Shown piece by piece: positions 8,712 to 18,810 of a stretch of 64,000 bases of DNA. The notes below the pieces were generated by a model, which was given only the letters and a program-made list of their open reading frames with translations, ran no database searches and had not been told where the DNA came from. This DNA comes from an uncultured Holophaga sp. (GTDB lineage Bacteria; Acidobacteriota; Holophagae; Holophagales; Holophagaceae). Positions within the stretch are counted from its first letter, which is position 1; each line of letters starts with the position of its first letter. Position numbers and translations under genes: made by a program. The stretch lies in NCBI GenBank assembly GCA_963664825.1, contig OY761614.1, forward strand, positions 2,816,001 through 2,880,000, in the 5' to 3' direction.

Positions 8712-10460
8712 GTGACTTTTTCACCACTCCGTCTGGGTCGGATGGCGCTGATCCTCGCCGCCCTTGGGGGGGTGGGGGTAGGTGCCGTGCCGCCTCCGGC
8801 AGAGGTTCCACCCGTCGAGAAGTCCCTCCAAGCTCCCCATGAGAGCGCGATCCTGCGTTTGAAATCCCTGGTGGAGGCCGCCGAAAAGGCTCTGGAGGCC
8901 GAGGACTCGGATACGGCCTCCAATTGCGCCGAGGAGGCCGAGGTCCTGATCGCCGATTGGTCCCCGGAAGTCCTCCGCCGGGCCGATATCTCAAAGCTCA
9001 TCGAGCGGCTGCGGGATGTCCTGAAGCAGACCGAAGCTGATTCCGAAGAGGCCGACGAAGGCCTCCAGATCACCGAGGAGGAGGTCTCTCTTTCCGAGGG
9101 GGAACTCAAGGCCGAGCGGGATCAGGTGCTGGCCGCAGAGCAGGGGGCGGTCTTCGATTTCCCCATCGACCTCAATGACAAGGTGCTCACCTGGGTCAAT
9201 ATCTTCACCGGGCGCATCAAGAACAAGATCGAGGCCAGCCTTTCCCGGGGCTCCCGCTACCTCCCCTTGATCCGGCAGATATTCGCCGAGGAAGGCATCC
9301 CTCAGGACCTGGCCTTCCTACCCATCGTGGAATCCGGCTATATCAACTACGCCCGCAGCCCCGCCAAGGCCGTGGGCATGTGGCAGTTCATGCCTGCCAC
9401 CGGCCGCATCTTCGGACTCACCGGCAACGCCTGGATGGAGGAGCGCCGGGATCCCGCCAAGGCGACCCGGGCCGCGGCCCGCTATCTGCGGAACCTCTAC
9501 AGGGATTCCGGGGATTGGTATCTGGCCTTGGCCGGGTACAACAACGGCCCCGGCCGCGTGGAGTCCGCGGCGCAGGCCCTCCAGTCCCGCAATTTCTGGG
9601 ACATGGCCCGCTCCCGCTGGATGCGGGACGCCACCAAGAGCTACGTGCCCCAGATGTGCGCCGCTGTACTCGTGGGGCGCTTCCCCGAGCGCTACGGCCT
9701 GCACGTGGCCCAGGAGGCCCCCTTCGTCTTCGAGACCGTCGAGGTAGACCGGATGACGAGCCTCGCGGTGCTGGCTAGGCATGCGGGCACGGGCATCGAT
9801 GCGCTGAAGGACCTCAATCCCGAACTCCTGCGCGCGACAACCCCGCCGGGGCACTACACGTTGCGCGTTCCCCCCGGCACAGCCAGCACGGTAGCCCACG
9901 CCCTGGCGAAGATCCCGGCCGCCGAGCGGGTGGATTTCAAGGCCTATGTCATCCGGAAGGGTGACACCCTGGCCAAGGTGGCGGCGCGCTTCGAAATGAG
10001 CCCCGGGGATCTGCTGGCGGCCAATGGCATCACCAAGGCCAAGTTCAGGCCGGGCCGGAAAATCCAGGTGCCCCCCCCCTCGGTCCTGCCCCCCGTGGAG
10101 GCCAAGTTCAAGGCCGAGGAGGAAAAGCCCAAGGTGCTCTCCGATCAACCCCTGGAACCCCTGCCTGTCATTCCGGGCTCCACGACTGAAACCAATGGGG
10201 CCATCAAGGCCCCCCAGACGCCTCCGGTGGAGGCGCCCGAAAAAGCGGCTCCCGCACCGGTTCCTCACCCGAAGGACGTCCCTGTGGCGGTTGCCAAATC
10301 CGAAGCGATCCGGCCCAAGGTCCATCTGGTGAAGCGGGGTGAGACCCTCTTCTCCATCGGTGAGCGGTACGGCCTCGAACTCAAGGATCTGCGGAAGTGG
10401 AATAGGATCAAGGGCAACAAGCTCCAGGCCGGACAGCGATTGCGACTTCAGAAACCTTGA
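8712..10460 (+). CDS. MltD-like lytic murein transglycosylase with LysM domains
   Basis: LPIVESG, AVGMWQFMPATG, ERRDP, LAGYN; two LysM repeats. Confidence 0.9.
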   Translation: MTFSPLRLGRMALILAALGGVGVGAVPPPAEVPPVEKSLQAPHESAILRLKSLVEAAEKALEAEDSDTASNCAEEAEVLIADWSPEVLRRADISKLIERLRDVLKQTEADSEEADEGLQITEEEVSLSEGELKAERDQVLAAEQGAVFDFPIDLNDKVLTWVNIFTGRIKNKIEASLSRGSRYLPLIRQIFAEEGIPQDLAFLPIVESGYINYARSPAKAVGMWQFMPATGRIFGLTGNAWMEERRDPAKATRAAARYLRNLYRDSGDWYLALAGYNNGPGRVESAAQALQSRNFWDMARSRWMRDATKSYVPQMCAAVLVGRFPERYGLHVAQEAPFVFETVEVDRMTSLAVLARHAGTGIDALKDLNPELLRATTPPGHYTLRVPPGTASTVAHALAKIPAAERVDFKAYVIRKGDTLAKVAARFEMSPGDLLAANGITKAKFRPGRKIQVPPPSVLPPVEAKFKAEEEKPKVLSDQPLEPLPVIPGSTTETNGAIKAPQTPPVEAPEKAAPAPVPHPKDVPVAVAKSEAIRPKVHLVKRGETLFSIGERYGLELKDLRKWNRIKGNKLQAGQRLRLQKP

Positions 10461-10481
10461 GAGGCGGCCCTGTTTTTTTGC

Positions 10482-10510
10482 TTGATCGCCGTCCCGACCC
10501 GTGGTTAACT
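10482..10510 (+). promoter_or_regulatory. Sigma70-like promoter for tRNA-Ala
   Basis: TTGATC-17 nt-TTAACT with extended TG, 10 nt before the tRNA. Confidence 0.6.
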
Positions 10511-10520
10511 AGTGTTTCCC

Positions 10521-10596
10521 GGGGCTATAGCTCAGCTGGGAGAGCGCCTGCATGGCATGCAGGAGGTCAGCGGTTCGATCCCGCTTAGCTCCACCA
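10521..10596 (+). tRNA. tRNA-Ala (GGC)
   Basis: 76 nt GGGGCTATAGCTCAGCTGGGAGAGC...GGTTCGATCCC...CCA; anticodon arm CCTGC-ATGGCAT-GCAGG. Confidence 0.98.
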
Positions 10597-10620
10597 AAAC
10601 GCCGCCGCGAGGCGGCGTTT
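10597..10620 (+). terminator. Intrinsic terminator after tRNA-Ala
   Basis: AAACGCCGCC-GCGA-GGCGGCGTTT hairpin. Confidence 0.75.
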
Positions 10621-10947
10621 CTGCGTACCCATGGACGGGATCGGACCGCTGAGAAAGCGCGGCGGCCCGGCTGACTCGGGCTTCCAGCCCTCGCCCCTTC
10701 GGGGCCGCCATCGGCTTCGCCGCTGCGGTCCTATCCGCTTGCGCGTATGGTGGCCGCAACGAGCAATGCCCCGGTGGGGCCTGCGCAGTGGCCGCCCGCG
10801 CGCGTTCGATGCCGCGCCAGGGCTCCGTCAGATTCCGCTTCGGTACCTCCGTTCTTGGGGCTCCTCCAGACTCCTGTGCATGGGATGAGGCCGCCCCGCG
10901 GTAATCTAAAAGATCCGCGCTTGCGGTTTTCCCGGATGTCTTCCACG

Positions 10948-12963
10948 ATGCTTGCTTCTTTGAACCATGCCCACCTCTGCTTTGGTCCCCAGGAAGTCCT
11001 GAAGGACGTCACCTGGGCGTTGCAGGAAGACGAATGCTGGGGGGTCATCGGGCGCAACGGTGCGGGGAAGAGCACCCTCTTCAAAGTGCTGCTGGGCCAG
11101 CTGGAACTCGATGACGGCGTGGCCGTGCGCCCCTCCAGGGAACGCGGCATCCGCATGGGGCACTATGCCCAGGATCTCGAACCCGAGACGAACGGCGGCG
11201 TCATGGAGGAGACCCTCGCGGCCTTCGGCGAAATCGAAGCGCTCCAGCGCTCCATGCGCGAATTGGAACATCAGATGTCGGATACCGGTGCGGATCTGGA
11301 ATCCGTCATGGAGCAGTACCAGGTGGCCACCGAGGCCTTCGAGCGCCTGGACGGGTTCACCATCCGCGCCCGGGCCGAGGGGATTCTCTTCGCCCTGGGT
11401 TTCGCGCCGGACATGCTCGAGAAAAATATCCACGAGCTGAGCGGTGGCCAGAAGAGCCGCGTGATGCTGGCCAAGGCCATCCTGCAGGGCCAGGATCTGT
11501 TGCTGCTGGACGAGCCCACGAACCATCTGGACCTGCCCAGCCTGCGCTGGCTGGAGAGTTTCCTGAGCGATACCACAGCCACGGTGGCCGTCATCAGCCA
11601 TGACCGCTACTTCCTCGACGGCGTGGCCACCAGCATCCTGGAGATCGAAGCCGGTCGCAGCCGGGCCTACGAGGGGGGCTACACCGATTTCATCGAGAAG
11701 AAGGAACAGGAACTGGAGATCGCCGAGAAGCATTTCGAACAGCAGCAGGGCTACATCAAGCGCCAGGAGGAATACATCCGGCGCAATATCGCCGGCCAGA
11801 ACACCAAGATGGCCCAGGGGCGCCGCACGCATCTCAGCAAGCTCCAGCGCCTCGATAGGCCCCTGCGGGATCGCCGCAAGGTGAAATTCAGCTTCCCCGA
11901 GACTCAGCGCAGCGGAGATACGGCGCTGGTCCTGGAGAAGGTAAGTGTGGGCTGGGAGGGCGTGCCGCTCTTCGCGCCCCTGGACCATCTCCAGGTGAAG
12001 CGCGGGCAGAAGCTGGCCATCGTGGGCTTCAACGGCACCGGCAAGTCCACGCTGCTGAAGGCCATCGCCGAGGAAATCCCCTTCCTCGCTGGCACCTGCC
12101 GCCTGGGCAGCCAGGTGAAGCTGGGCTACTTCGATCAGCATCACCGGAACCTGGATTCCCGCAACACGGTCTTCCAGCAGATCCAGGGCGTGATCCCCAT
12201 GGCGCCCAAGCAGGATGTGCTGGGCTTCTTGGCCAAGTTCCAGTTCCGGGGCGACGACGTGGATAAGCCCGTGACCGTCCTCAGCGGCGGGGAACGCGCG
12301 CGGCTCTCCATCGCCACCTTGATCCGGGAAGGCGTCAATCTGCTCATGCTCGACGAGCCCACCAACCACATGGATATCCACTCCATGGAGGCCATGGAGG
12401 ACACGATCCTCAGCTTTACGGGAGCCGTGGTGCTCGTGACCCACGACCGCTACCTGCTGGGTCGCGTGGCCGATTCCCTGCTGCGCATCCACGATGGCAA
12501 GGCCGAATTCCGGGAGGGTGGCTACGAGGAACACCAGGCCTGGGTGGATCTGGATCTGGGCCAAGACACCGGCGAAGCCGAAGCCAAGGCCAAGGTGGAG
12601 GTCCCCAGTCTCGGGAAGGTGCATAAGACCGGGAAGGTCCCCAAGGTGGAAAACGCTCCCAAGGCCGAGAAACCCAAGGTCCTGCCGAAGCCCAAGGCTC
12701 TGGCGAAGCCCAAGCCTGTCGCCATCGACAAGGAACGCCAGAAGAGCCAGAAACGCCTCGAGCGCCTGATCGGTGAATCCGAGACCAAGGTCGCGGCCCT
12801 GGAGGCCCAGGCCGCAGTCCTGAACGGGGAACTGGTCACCGTGGACCCCTCCGACTGGAAGAGCTTCCAGGAAAAGACCGATGCCTTGAAGGCCATCGAG
12901 ATGGATCTGGCCTACGCTATGGCCGAATGGGAGGAGCGCCAGCGTTCGCTGGAGGAACTCTAG
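10948..12963 (+). CDS. ABC-F family ATPase
   Basis: Two ABC domains (GRNGAGKST, LSGGQ, LDEPTNHLD; GFNGTGKST, LSGGE), no TM domain, C-terminal coiled coil; ATG 10936 is an alternative start. Confidence 0.93.
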   Translation: MLASLNHAHLCFGPQEVLKDVTWALQEDECWGVIGRNGAGKSTLFKVLLGQLELDDGVAVRPSRERGIRMGHYAQDLEPETNGGVMEETLAAFGEIEALQRSMRELEHQMSDTGADLESVMEQYQVATEAFERLDGFTIRARAEGILFALGFAPDMLEKNIHELSGGQKSRVMLAKAILQGQDLLLLDEPTNHLDLPSLRWLESFLSDTTATVAVISHDRYFLDGVATSILEIEAGRSRAYEGGYTDFIEKKEQELEIAEKHFEQQQGYIKRQEEYIRRNIAGQNTKMAQGRRTHLSKLQRLDRPLRDRRKVKFSFPETQRSGDTALVLEKVSVGWEGVPLFAPLDHLQVKRGQKLAIVGFNGTGKSTLLKAIAEEIPFLAGTCRLGSQVKLGYFDQHHRNLDSRNTVFQQIQGVIPMAPKQDVLGFLAKFQFRGDDVDKPVTVLSGGERARLSIATLIREGVNLLMLDEPTNHMDIHSMEAMEDTILSFTGAVVLVTHDRYLLGRVADSLLRIHDGKAEFREGGYEEHQAWVDLDLGQDTGEAEAKAKVEVPSLGKVHKTGKVPKVENAPKAEKPKVLPKPKALAKPKPVAIDKERQKSQKRLERLIGESETKVAALEAQAAVLNGELVTVDPSDWKSFQEKTDALKAIEMDLAYAMAEWEERQRSLEEL

Positions 12964-13041
12964 GCAAGCGTGTGCAGCTTCAAATTGTCCACGACTCGAA
13001 ATGCCTCACGAAACCCGCGTTTGAGCTGAAGGCCCACGGCC

Positions 13042-13770
13042 CTAGAAGACAGCCGTGGCCCCGCCGTCGATGGGAATGAGGGTGCCTGTGGTCCACCGGC
13101 TCTCGCTGGAAAGCAGATGGGTGGCCAGGGCCGCCACCTCTGCCTCTAGCCCCAGGCGATGGAGGGGGTTGACGCTGGCGAGGCGCTGGAGAGCGCGCGG
13201 GGGATCGGCGCTCTCCTGCAACCGCGCTTCCACCATGGCCGTGTGGACGGGGCCGGGGGCGATGGCGTTGCAGCGGATCTCCCTGGGCCCCCATTCCAGG
13301 GCCAGCACCTGGGCCAGCATGTGCAGGCCGGCCTTGGATACGGAGTAGGCGGCGGAATCGGGAATGGCCCGGATGCCGATATTGGAGCCCACGAGCACCA
13401 CGCTGGCTCCCCTTTTCAGCCTGGGCCCCAGGTGGTGGCAGAGCAGCCAGGGGCCCCGCAGATTGGCCCTGATCATCCGATCGAAATCCTCGACAGGGGT
13501 GGATTGGACACTGCCTGTCCGCAGTTGTCCGGCGGCCAGGAACATGCCGTCCAGGGCCGGGCATTGGGCTGCGAAGGCCGCCACAGCCCCGTCATCGGAA
13601 TGGTCGAGAGCCGCATGCTGGACAGCGGGAAGGGTTTCTTGGAGCGCCTCGAGGCCCCTGCCCAGGAGAATCAGTTCGGCGCCTGCGGCTTCGAAATACC
13701 GTGCCGCGCAGCGCCCGATGCCGCTGCCGGCGCCACTCACCAGGATCCGCTGGCCCTTCAGCTCTCGCAC
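13042..13770 (-). CDS. SDR family oxidoreductase
   Basis: SGAGSGIG, YSVSK catalytic motif, NAIAPG, IDGG. Confidence 0.93.
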   Translation of the reverse strand: MRELKGQRILVSGAGSGIGRCAARYFEAAGAELILLGRGLEALQETLPAVQHAALDHSDDGAVAAFAAQCPALDGMFLAAGQLRTGSVQSTPVEDFDRMIRANLRGPWLLCHHLGPRLKRGASVVLVGSNIGIRAIPDSAAYSVSKAGLHMLAQVLALEWGPREIRCNAIAPGPVHTAMVEARLQESADPPRALQRLASVNPLHRLGLEAEVAALATHLLSSESRWTTGTLIPIDGGATAVF

Positions 13771-14390
13771 GGTTTTTCAGTGTGGTGTTTGATCGGCGCC
13801 ACCACGCCACCGCTGACGGCCCAGGTAAAGGCCTGTTCGGGACCGATATCGACGGGGCGGACCTTGCTCTCCTCCAGCATCACGACGTAGCCGGAGGTGG
13901 GATTGGGGGAGGTGGGGACATAGACCGCGATCATATTTTCGCCCCCCTCCACCGCCCAGCTGCAATCCCGGCGGGCCACGAAGGCCAGGGTATAGCAGCC
14001 GGGATGGGGCCACTCCACCAGCACCACTTCCTTGAAACTGCCGCCCTGGCCGTTCTGGATGGCGCCGATGACCTGCTTGGTGGCGCCGTAGATGCCCTTG
14101 ACGCCGGGAATGTGCAGCATGATCTCGTCCAGCCAGGCCAGGAGTTGGCGGCCCAGGAGGTTACCCACCAGCAGCCCCACGACCAAGAGCAGCAGCAGCG
14201 TGGCCGCCGCCGAAAGCAGGGCCAGCATCCAGGTGGGAGGCAGGGGCAGGCCCGTGAGATGCGCGATCCCGCTGAGGGGACCCCGGGAGATATCGATCAG
14301 GCCGAACAGGATGGCCTTCAGCAGCCAGAGCGTCACCACCAGGGGCAGGAGGGTAAACAGGCCCGCGAGGAGGTACTTCCGTATCATCAC
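13758..14390 (-). CDS. DUF502 membrane protein
   Basis: LLAGLFTLLPL; IPGVKGIYGATKQV; VYVPTSPNPTSG. Confidence 0.9.
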   Translation of the reverse strand: MMIRKYLLAGLFTLLPLVVTLWLLKAILFGLIDISRGPLSGIAHLTGLPLPPTWMLALLSAAATLLLLLVVGLLVGNLLGRQLLAWLDEIMLHIPGVKGIYGATKQVIGAIQNGQGGSFKEVVLVEWPHPGCYTLAFVARRDCSWAVEGGENMIAVYVPTSPNPTSGYVVMLEESKVRPVDIGPEQAFTWAVSGGVVAPIKHHTEKPCES

Positions 14391-14439
14391 AGCCCCCCGA
14401 TTCGGCAGTCGGACTTCGAGGAGGACGGGGCCTCGGGCA

Positions 14440-15126
14440 TCACCGGAGTGGCTCCTCGGGTTTCTCGTCCCCCGTGAGGCGGCTGGTGCCGCTCAGAATG
14501 CGGTCCCCGATCTTCAGCCAGAAGGCATGGAAGTAGCGTATGGCGCTCCAGATGGCCAGGATGAGGGCGATCCACATGAGGATCTGCCCCAGGCCCACGA
14601 AGAGGCCCCAGGGTTCGGTCGTGTGGAGGGCGCCACGGAAGAACGTGGCCACACTCCACTGGCGAAAGACTTCCAGGCCGGTCCAGAAGTGGAGCCAACC
14701 ATCCAGCACGGGGCCGAAGATGAGACATGAAATGGCCGCGATCTGGGCGCCCAGCTTCCACTTGCCCATGCGGTCGGCGGCGATGGTGATGCCTTCCTCG
14801 CTGGCGATGCCCCGCAGGCCCGTGATGGCCATCTCCCGGGCCAGGATGATGAAGGCCATCCAGGCCGGGGTCTTATCGAGTTCGATGAGCGAAATCAGGG
14901 CCGCCGAGATCAGCAGCTTGTCGGCCAGAGGGTCCAGCAGCTTGCCCAGCACGGTCACCTGGCGGTACTTCCGGGCGAAGTAGCCGTCGTAGAAGTCCGT
15001 GATGGAGGCGATCCAGAACACCACCGCGCCGATGATCTGGTGGTGCTGGACACGGGTCATCAGCACCACCACAAGGATGGGCACCATCAGGATCCGGGCG
15101 AAGGTGAGGTAATTCGGGAGGTTCAT
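14440..15126 (-). CDS. pgsA: CDP-diacylglycerol--glycerol-3-phosphate 3-phosphatidyltransferase
   Basis: MNLPNYLTFARI; TDFYDGYFARK...GKLLDPLADK; REMAITGLR. Confidence 0.9.
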   Translation of the reverse strand: MNLPNYLTFARILMVPILVVVLMTRVQHHQIIGAVVFWIASITDFYDGYFARKYRQVTVLGKLLDPLADKLLISAALISLIELDKTPAWMAFIILAREMAITGLRGIASEEGITIAADRMGKWKLGAQIAAISCLIFGPVLDGWLHFWTGLEVFRQWSVATFFRGALHTTEPWGLFVGLGQILMWIALILAIWSAIRYFHAFWLKIGDRILSGTSRLTGDEKPEEPLR

Positions 15127-15172
15127 GGAGGGTTGACCTTGCAAGGGGATTACGATCCCTCCAGCCTAGCAT

Positions 15173-15775
15173 CTAGAGCACCGTGAACCCCCCCTTGCCG
15201 AGGATGATCTGCCACTGGGCATCCTCCATCGGCTCGAAAGGCGTCTCGGAACGCCCCAGGTAGTCCAGGCTCCCCCGGGAAAGGCGCACGGAGATGCCTC
15301 GCGCCTGGAGGCCTCGGAGCAGCTCCAGGGCGCGGGGATCCTCCAGCAACTCCAGCGCATCGTGGGCGAGGAGCACCCAGGGTGTGCCTGCCTCCAGGTG
15401 CTCCAGGACGCCCAGGAGCAATTGGCGCCCCAGGGCGCGATCCCCGGGGGCGAAGGCGCTGCGGAGGAGGAGTAGGGGCCTGGGCCCCGATGGGGCAGGG
15501 GCCGGAGCCTCAAGGGCGGGAAGCGCCTGGGGCTGGAGGGCAGGGATCGGGCTGGGATCTCCGGGCACATCCAGCTGCCAATGGGAGCCCAGGGAGCGGA
15601 GGGAGGCAGGGCGGCCCTGGCGCTCCAGAAAGCTCGCCAGATTGACGCGCAGCATCTCGTCGGAATCCACCAGAATCCGCATGGCGATGCCTGGATGCCG
15701 CTCCATGGCGTTCTTCACGTCCAGGAGGGCGCGGGAGACGGTGACATCGAAGAGCTCAAGGGTCAGGATGTCCAT
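15173..15775 (-). CDS. YedF-like protein (TusA-like plus DsrE-like domains) lacking cysteines
   Basis: GDRALGRQLL...LRGLQARGISVRLSRGSLDYLG resembles the YedF C-terminal domain as I recall it. Confidence 0.6.
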   Translation of the reverse strand: MDILTLELFDVTVSRALLDVKNAMERHPGIAMRILVDSDEMLRVNLASFLERQGRPASLRSLGSHWQLDVPGDPSPIPALQPQALPALEAPAPAPSGPRPLLLLRSAFAPGDRALGRQLLLGVLEHLEAGTPWVLLAHDALELLEDPRALELLRGLQARGISVRLSRGSLDYLGRSETPFEPMEDAQWQIILGKGGFTVL

Positions 15776-15791
15776 GGAAGGAGTCTATTCC

Positions 15792-16760
15792 TTGAACGGC
15801 GAGGATCCACAAAACTTCCGGGAATGGCTGAGGGACCAGGCCTTGGCTGAGGGTTTCGCCCGGGTGGGCTTCGCGGCCTGCGGGGGCTTTTCAGAGGAGC
15901 GGGAGCGCCTTGAGGCCTGGCTGACGGATGGGGGCCGGGAGCTCTTCCCCTATCTGGATCATCCGGACCGCCTGGAACCGGCGCGCCTCCTGGAAGGGGC
16001 TCGCACGGCGCTGGTGGGATTTTTCCCCTACGCCCGGGCCCAGGCCGTGCCTGGGTCCAGCACCGGGAGCCTGAAACTGAGCCGCTACCTCTGGGGGCCG
16101 GACTATCACGGTGTGCTCAAAGGGCGGCTCAAGAGGCTTCTGGAGCGGGCCCAGGAACGGATGCCGGACCTTCAGGGGCGGGCCTGCGTGGACACGGCCC
16201 CCCTCCTGGAACGCCAGCTGGCGGTGCGGGCGGGATTGGGGTGGCAGGGGCGGAATACGCTGCTGATCGCGGGCAAGGCCGGGAGCTGGGGCTTCCTGGG
16301 CGTCCTGCTGCTGGACGTGGAACTGCCTCCGGACAGGTCCTTCGAGGGTCACCGCTGCGGCACCTGCCATGCCTGCCTGGACGCCTGCCCCACCCAGGCC
16401 CTCTCCCCCTTCCGCCTGGATCCCCGGCGCTGCCTGACCACCTACACCGTGGAGACAGAGCAGGAGCCGCCTCTCGATATCGCGAGGACTATTGCGCGCA
16501 TGGCCTGGGCCGCGGGTTGCGATATCTGCCAGGAGGCCTGTCCCTGGAACCGATCACCTGTCTGGGGCGACCCCCAGCTCTGGGGGGGGCCGAGCCCACT
16601 GCACACGCGGTCCGGGGCGGAACTGCCTCGGGGGACGGCCCAGTGGCAGAAACTCACTCAGGGGACGGCCCTGCGACGCGTGCGCCATCGGCATTGGGTG
16701 GCCACGCTGAACCGAATTCTGGGGCCTGAACCGGAGCCTCCTCACATTTCATTGGATTAA
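15792..16760 (+). CDS. queG: Epoxyqueuosine reductase
   Basis: SRYLWGPDYH, CVDTAPLLER, GLGWQGRNTL, CGTCHACLDACPT, GCDICQEACPWN; GAAGGAG SD before TTG. Confidence 0.93.
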   Translation: MNGEDPQNFREWLRDQALAEGFARVGFAACGGFSEERERLEAWLTDGGRELFPYLDHPDRLEPARLLEGARTALVGFFPYARAQAVPGSSTGSLKLSRYLWGPDYHGVLKGRLKRLLERAQERMPDLQGRACVDTAPLLERQLAVRAGLGWQGRNTLLIAGKAGSWGFLGVLLLDVELPPDRSFEGHRCGTCHACLDACPTQALSPFRLDPRRCLTTYTVETEQEPPLDIARTIARMAWAAGCDICQEACPWNRSPVWGDPQLWGGPSPLHTRSGAELPRGTAQWQKLTQGTALRRVRHRHWVATLNRILGPEPEPPHISLD

Positions 16761-16818
16761 CCCTCCCGTTTTCCCTTTAATTGGGCTTCAGCCCTTGTTG
16801 CTCCCGGAGAACCCCTCG

Positions 16819-18711
16819 ATGGCCATGAAACCCTTCACGATCCAGGATGCGACCGAACTCTACGGCGTCAAAGAGTGGGGTGACGGCTACTTCGGGATCA
16901 ATAGCAAGGGGCATCTGGAGGTCTATCCCACCCAGGATGAAAACCTCTGCGCCGATCTCTACGAGATCGTCCAGCACCTGCGGCAGAAGGGCGTCCACAC
17001 CCCGACGATCCTGCGCTTCCCCCAGATATTGGCCAACCGGGTGCAGGAGATCAATGAGGCCTTCCGCAAGGCCATCAAGGAATCCGAATACGAGGGCGAT
17101 TACCAGGGCGTCTTCCCGGTGAAGACCAACCAGATGAAGGAAGTCGTCGAGCAGGTCGTGAAGGCGGGCTTCAAGTACCGCTATGGCCTGGAAGCGGGCT
17201 CCAAGCCCGAACTGATGATCGCGCTGTCCATGAACCTGCACGCCGAGGCCCTGATTCTCTGCAACGGCTACAAGGACGAGAACTTCATCCGCATGGCGCT
17301 GCTGGCCAAGAAGGCCGGGCGCAACGTGCTCATCACCGTGGAAAAGATGACGGAATTGCCCCTGATCCTGAAGGTGGCCAAGGAACTGAAGGTGGAGCCC
17401 CTCATCGGCCTGCGGGCCAAGCTCAACGCCCTGGGGGCGGGCAAGTGGGAATCCAGCGCCGGGGATCACGCCAAGTTCGGCCTCACCACCCGGGAGATCC
17501 TGGATGCCATCGAGGTCTTGGAGAAGCGCGGCATGCTCGAGAGCATCATCGAGCTGCACTTCCACATCGGCAGCCAGGTTACCGATATCCGCCGGGTGAA
17601 GGCGGCCCTGAAGGAGGCCACGCGCCTCTACGCCAAGCTGCGCAAGATGGGCCTGCCCCTGCAGTACCTGAACGTGGGCGGGGGCCTTGGCGTGGACTAC
17701 GATGGCAGCAAGACCACCTTCAGCAGCTCCATGAACTACACCGTGCAGGAATACGCCTCGGACGTGATGTGGACCACCAAGGATATCTGCGCCCAGGAGC
17801 AGGTGCCCATGCCCAATATCCTCAGCGAATCGGGCCGTGCCATCGTGGCCTTCCACCAGGTGGTGGTGGCCGATATCATCGGCCTCATCGATACGACCTA
17901 TTCCAAGTACAGCGTCGTGCTCACCGGCCAGGAACCCCAGATCCTCAAGGATCTCGCCTACACCCGGGATGCCATTTCCGTGAAGAACTTCTCGGAGATG
18001 TACCACGACGCCATCACCCAGAAGGACGAGCTGCTGACCTTGTTCAACCTGGGCTACCTGAGCCTAGAGGACCGTTCCAAGGGGGAGACGATCTTCTGGG
18101 AGGTCTGCCGCAAGCTCAATCGCATCCTCAGCTACAAGTCGTTGAAATACATCCCCGAGGAGTTCCAGGATCTCAACAAGAGCCTGGCCGATAAGCTCAT
18201 CGCCAACTTCAGCGTGTTCCAGTCCCTGCCCGATCACTGGGCCATCGATCAGCTCTTCCCCGCCATGCCCCTGCATCGGCTGAAGGAAAAGCCCACCCTT
18301 TCGGCCACCCTCTGCGATATCACCTGCGATAGCGATGGCAAGGTGGACAAGTTCATCGATCTCAAGGATGTGCGGGACGAGCTCCCCCTCCACGAGCCCA
18401 AGCCCGGGGAGCCTTACTACATCGCCTTCTTCCTCACGGGCGCCTACCAGGACACCCTCGGCATGCGGCACAACCTCTTCGGCACACCCAACGAGGCCCA
18501 TATCATCGTCAACGAGGACGAGGATTTCCGCATCCAGCAGATCGTGCCCGCCCAGACCATCGACGATGTGCTGCGCAGCGTCCACTACAACCCCGATGAG
18601 CTCATCCAGGGGCCCAGCCGCAAGGTCAAGCGCACCGAGACCGATGCCACCGAGGCCCTGCGGGCCCTCCTCTCCGAACAGCGGAAGCTGCACACCTACC
18701 TGGAGATGTAG
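16819..18711 (+). CDS. speA: Biosynthetic arginine decarboxylase
   Basis: FPVKTNQ, GLEAGSKPEL, HFHIGSQ, NVGGGLGVDYDG, DITCDSDG. Confidence 0.97.
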   Translation: MAMKPFTIQDATELYGVKEWGDGYFGINSKGHLEVYPTQDENLCADLYEIVQHLRQKGVHTPTILRFPQILANRVQEINEAFRKAIKESEYEGDYQGVFPVKTNQMKEVVEQVVKAGFKYRYGLEAGSKPELMIALSMNLHAEALILCNGYKDENFIRMALLAKKAGRNVLITVEKMTELPLILKVAKELKVEPLIGLRAKLNALGAGKWESSAGDHAKFGLTTREILDAIEVLEKRGMLESIIELHFHIGSQVTDIRRVKAALKEATRLYAKLRKMGLPLQYLNVGGGLGVDYDGSKTTFSSSMNYTVQEYASDVMWTTKDICAQEQVPMPNILSESGRAIVAFHQVVVADIIGLIDTTYSKYSVVLTGQEPQILKDLAYTRDAISVKNFSEMYHDAITQKDELLTLFNLGYLSLEDRSKGETIFWEVCRKLNRILSYKSLKYIPEEFQDLNKSLADKLIANFSVFQSLPDHWAIDQLFPAMPLHRLKEKPTLSATLCDITCDSDGKVDKFIDLKDVRDELPLHEPKPGEPYYIAFFLTGAYQDTLGMRHNLFGTPNEAHIIVNEDEDFRIQQIVPAQTIDDVLRSVHYNPDELIQGPSRKVKRTETDATEALRALLSEQRKLHTYLEM

Positions 18712-18810
18712 GCCAGAGACGGTTCTCTCGTCGATCCCTTCACTGTTCTCCCCGTTCTCACTGGTTCGAATGCTTTTCAACCGGTGGAAACAGTGAAGAA
18801 GGCGATGGCC

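Noticed and set aside
12600..12720. Lys/Pro-rich repeats in the ABC-F C-terminal region
   Set aside because: Ordinary low-complexity linker
12972..13027. Hairpin sharing GTGCAGCT and ACTCGAAATGC words with the dcw elements
   Set aside because: Lacks the conserved core; more simply a hairpin between convergent genes
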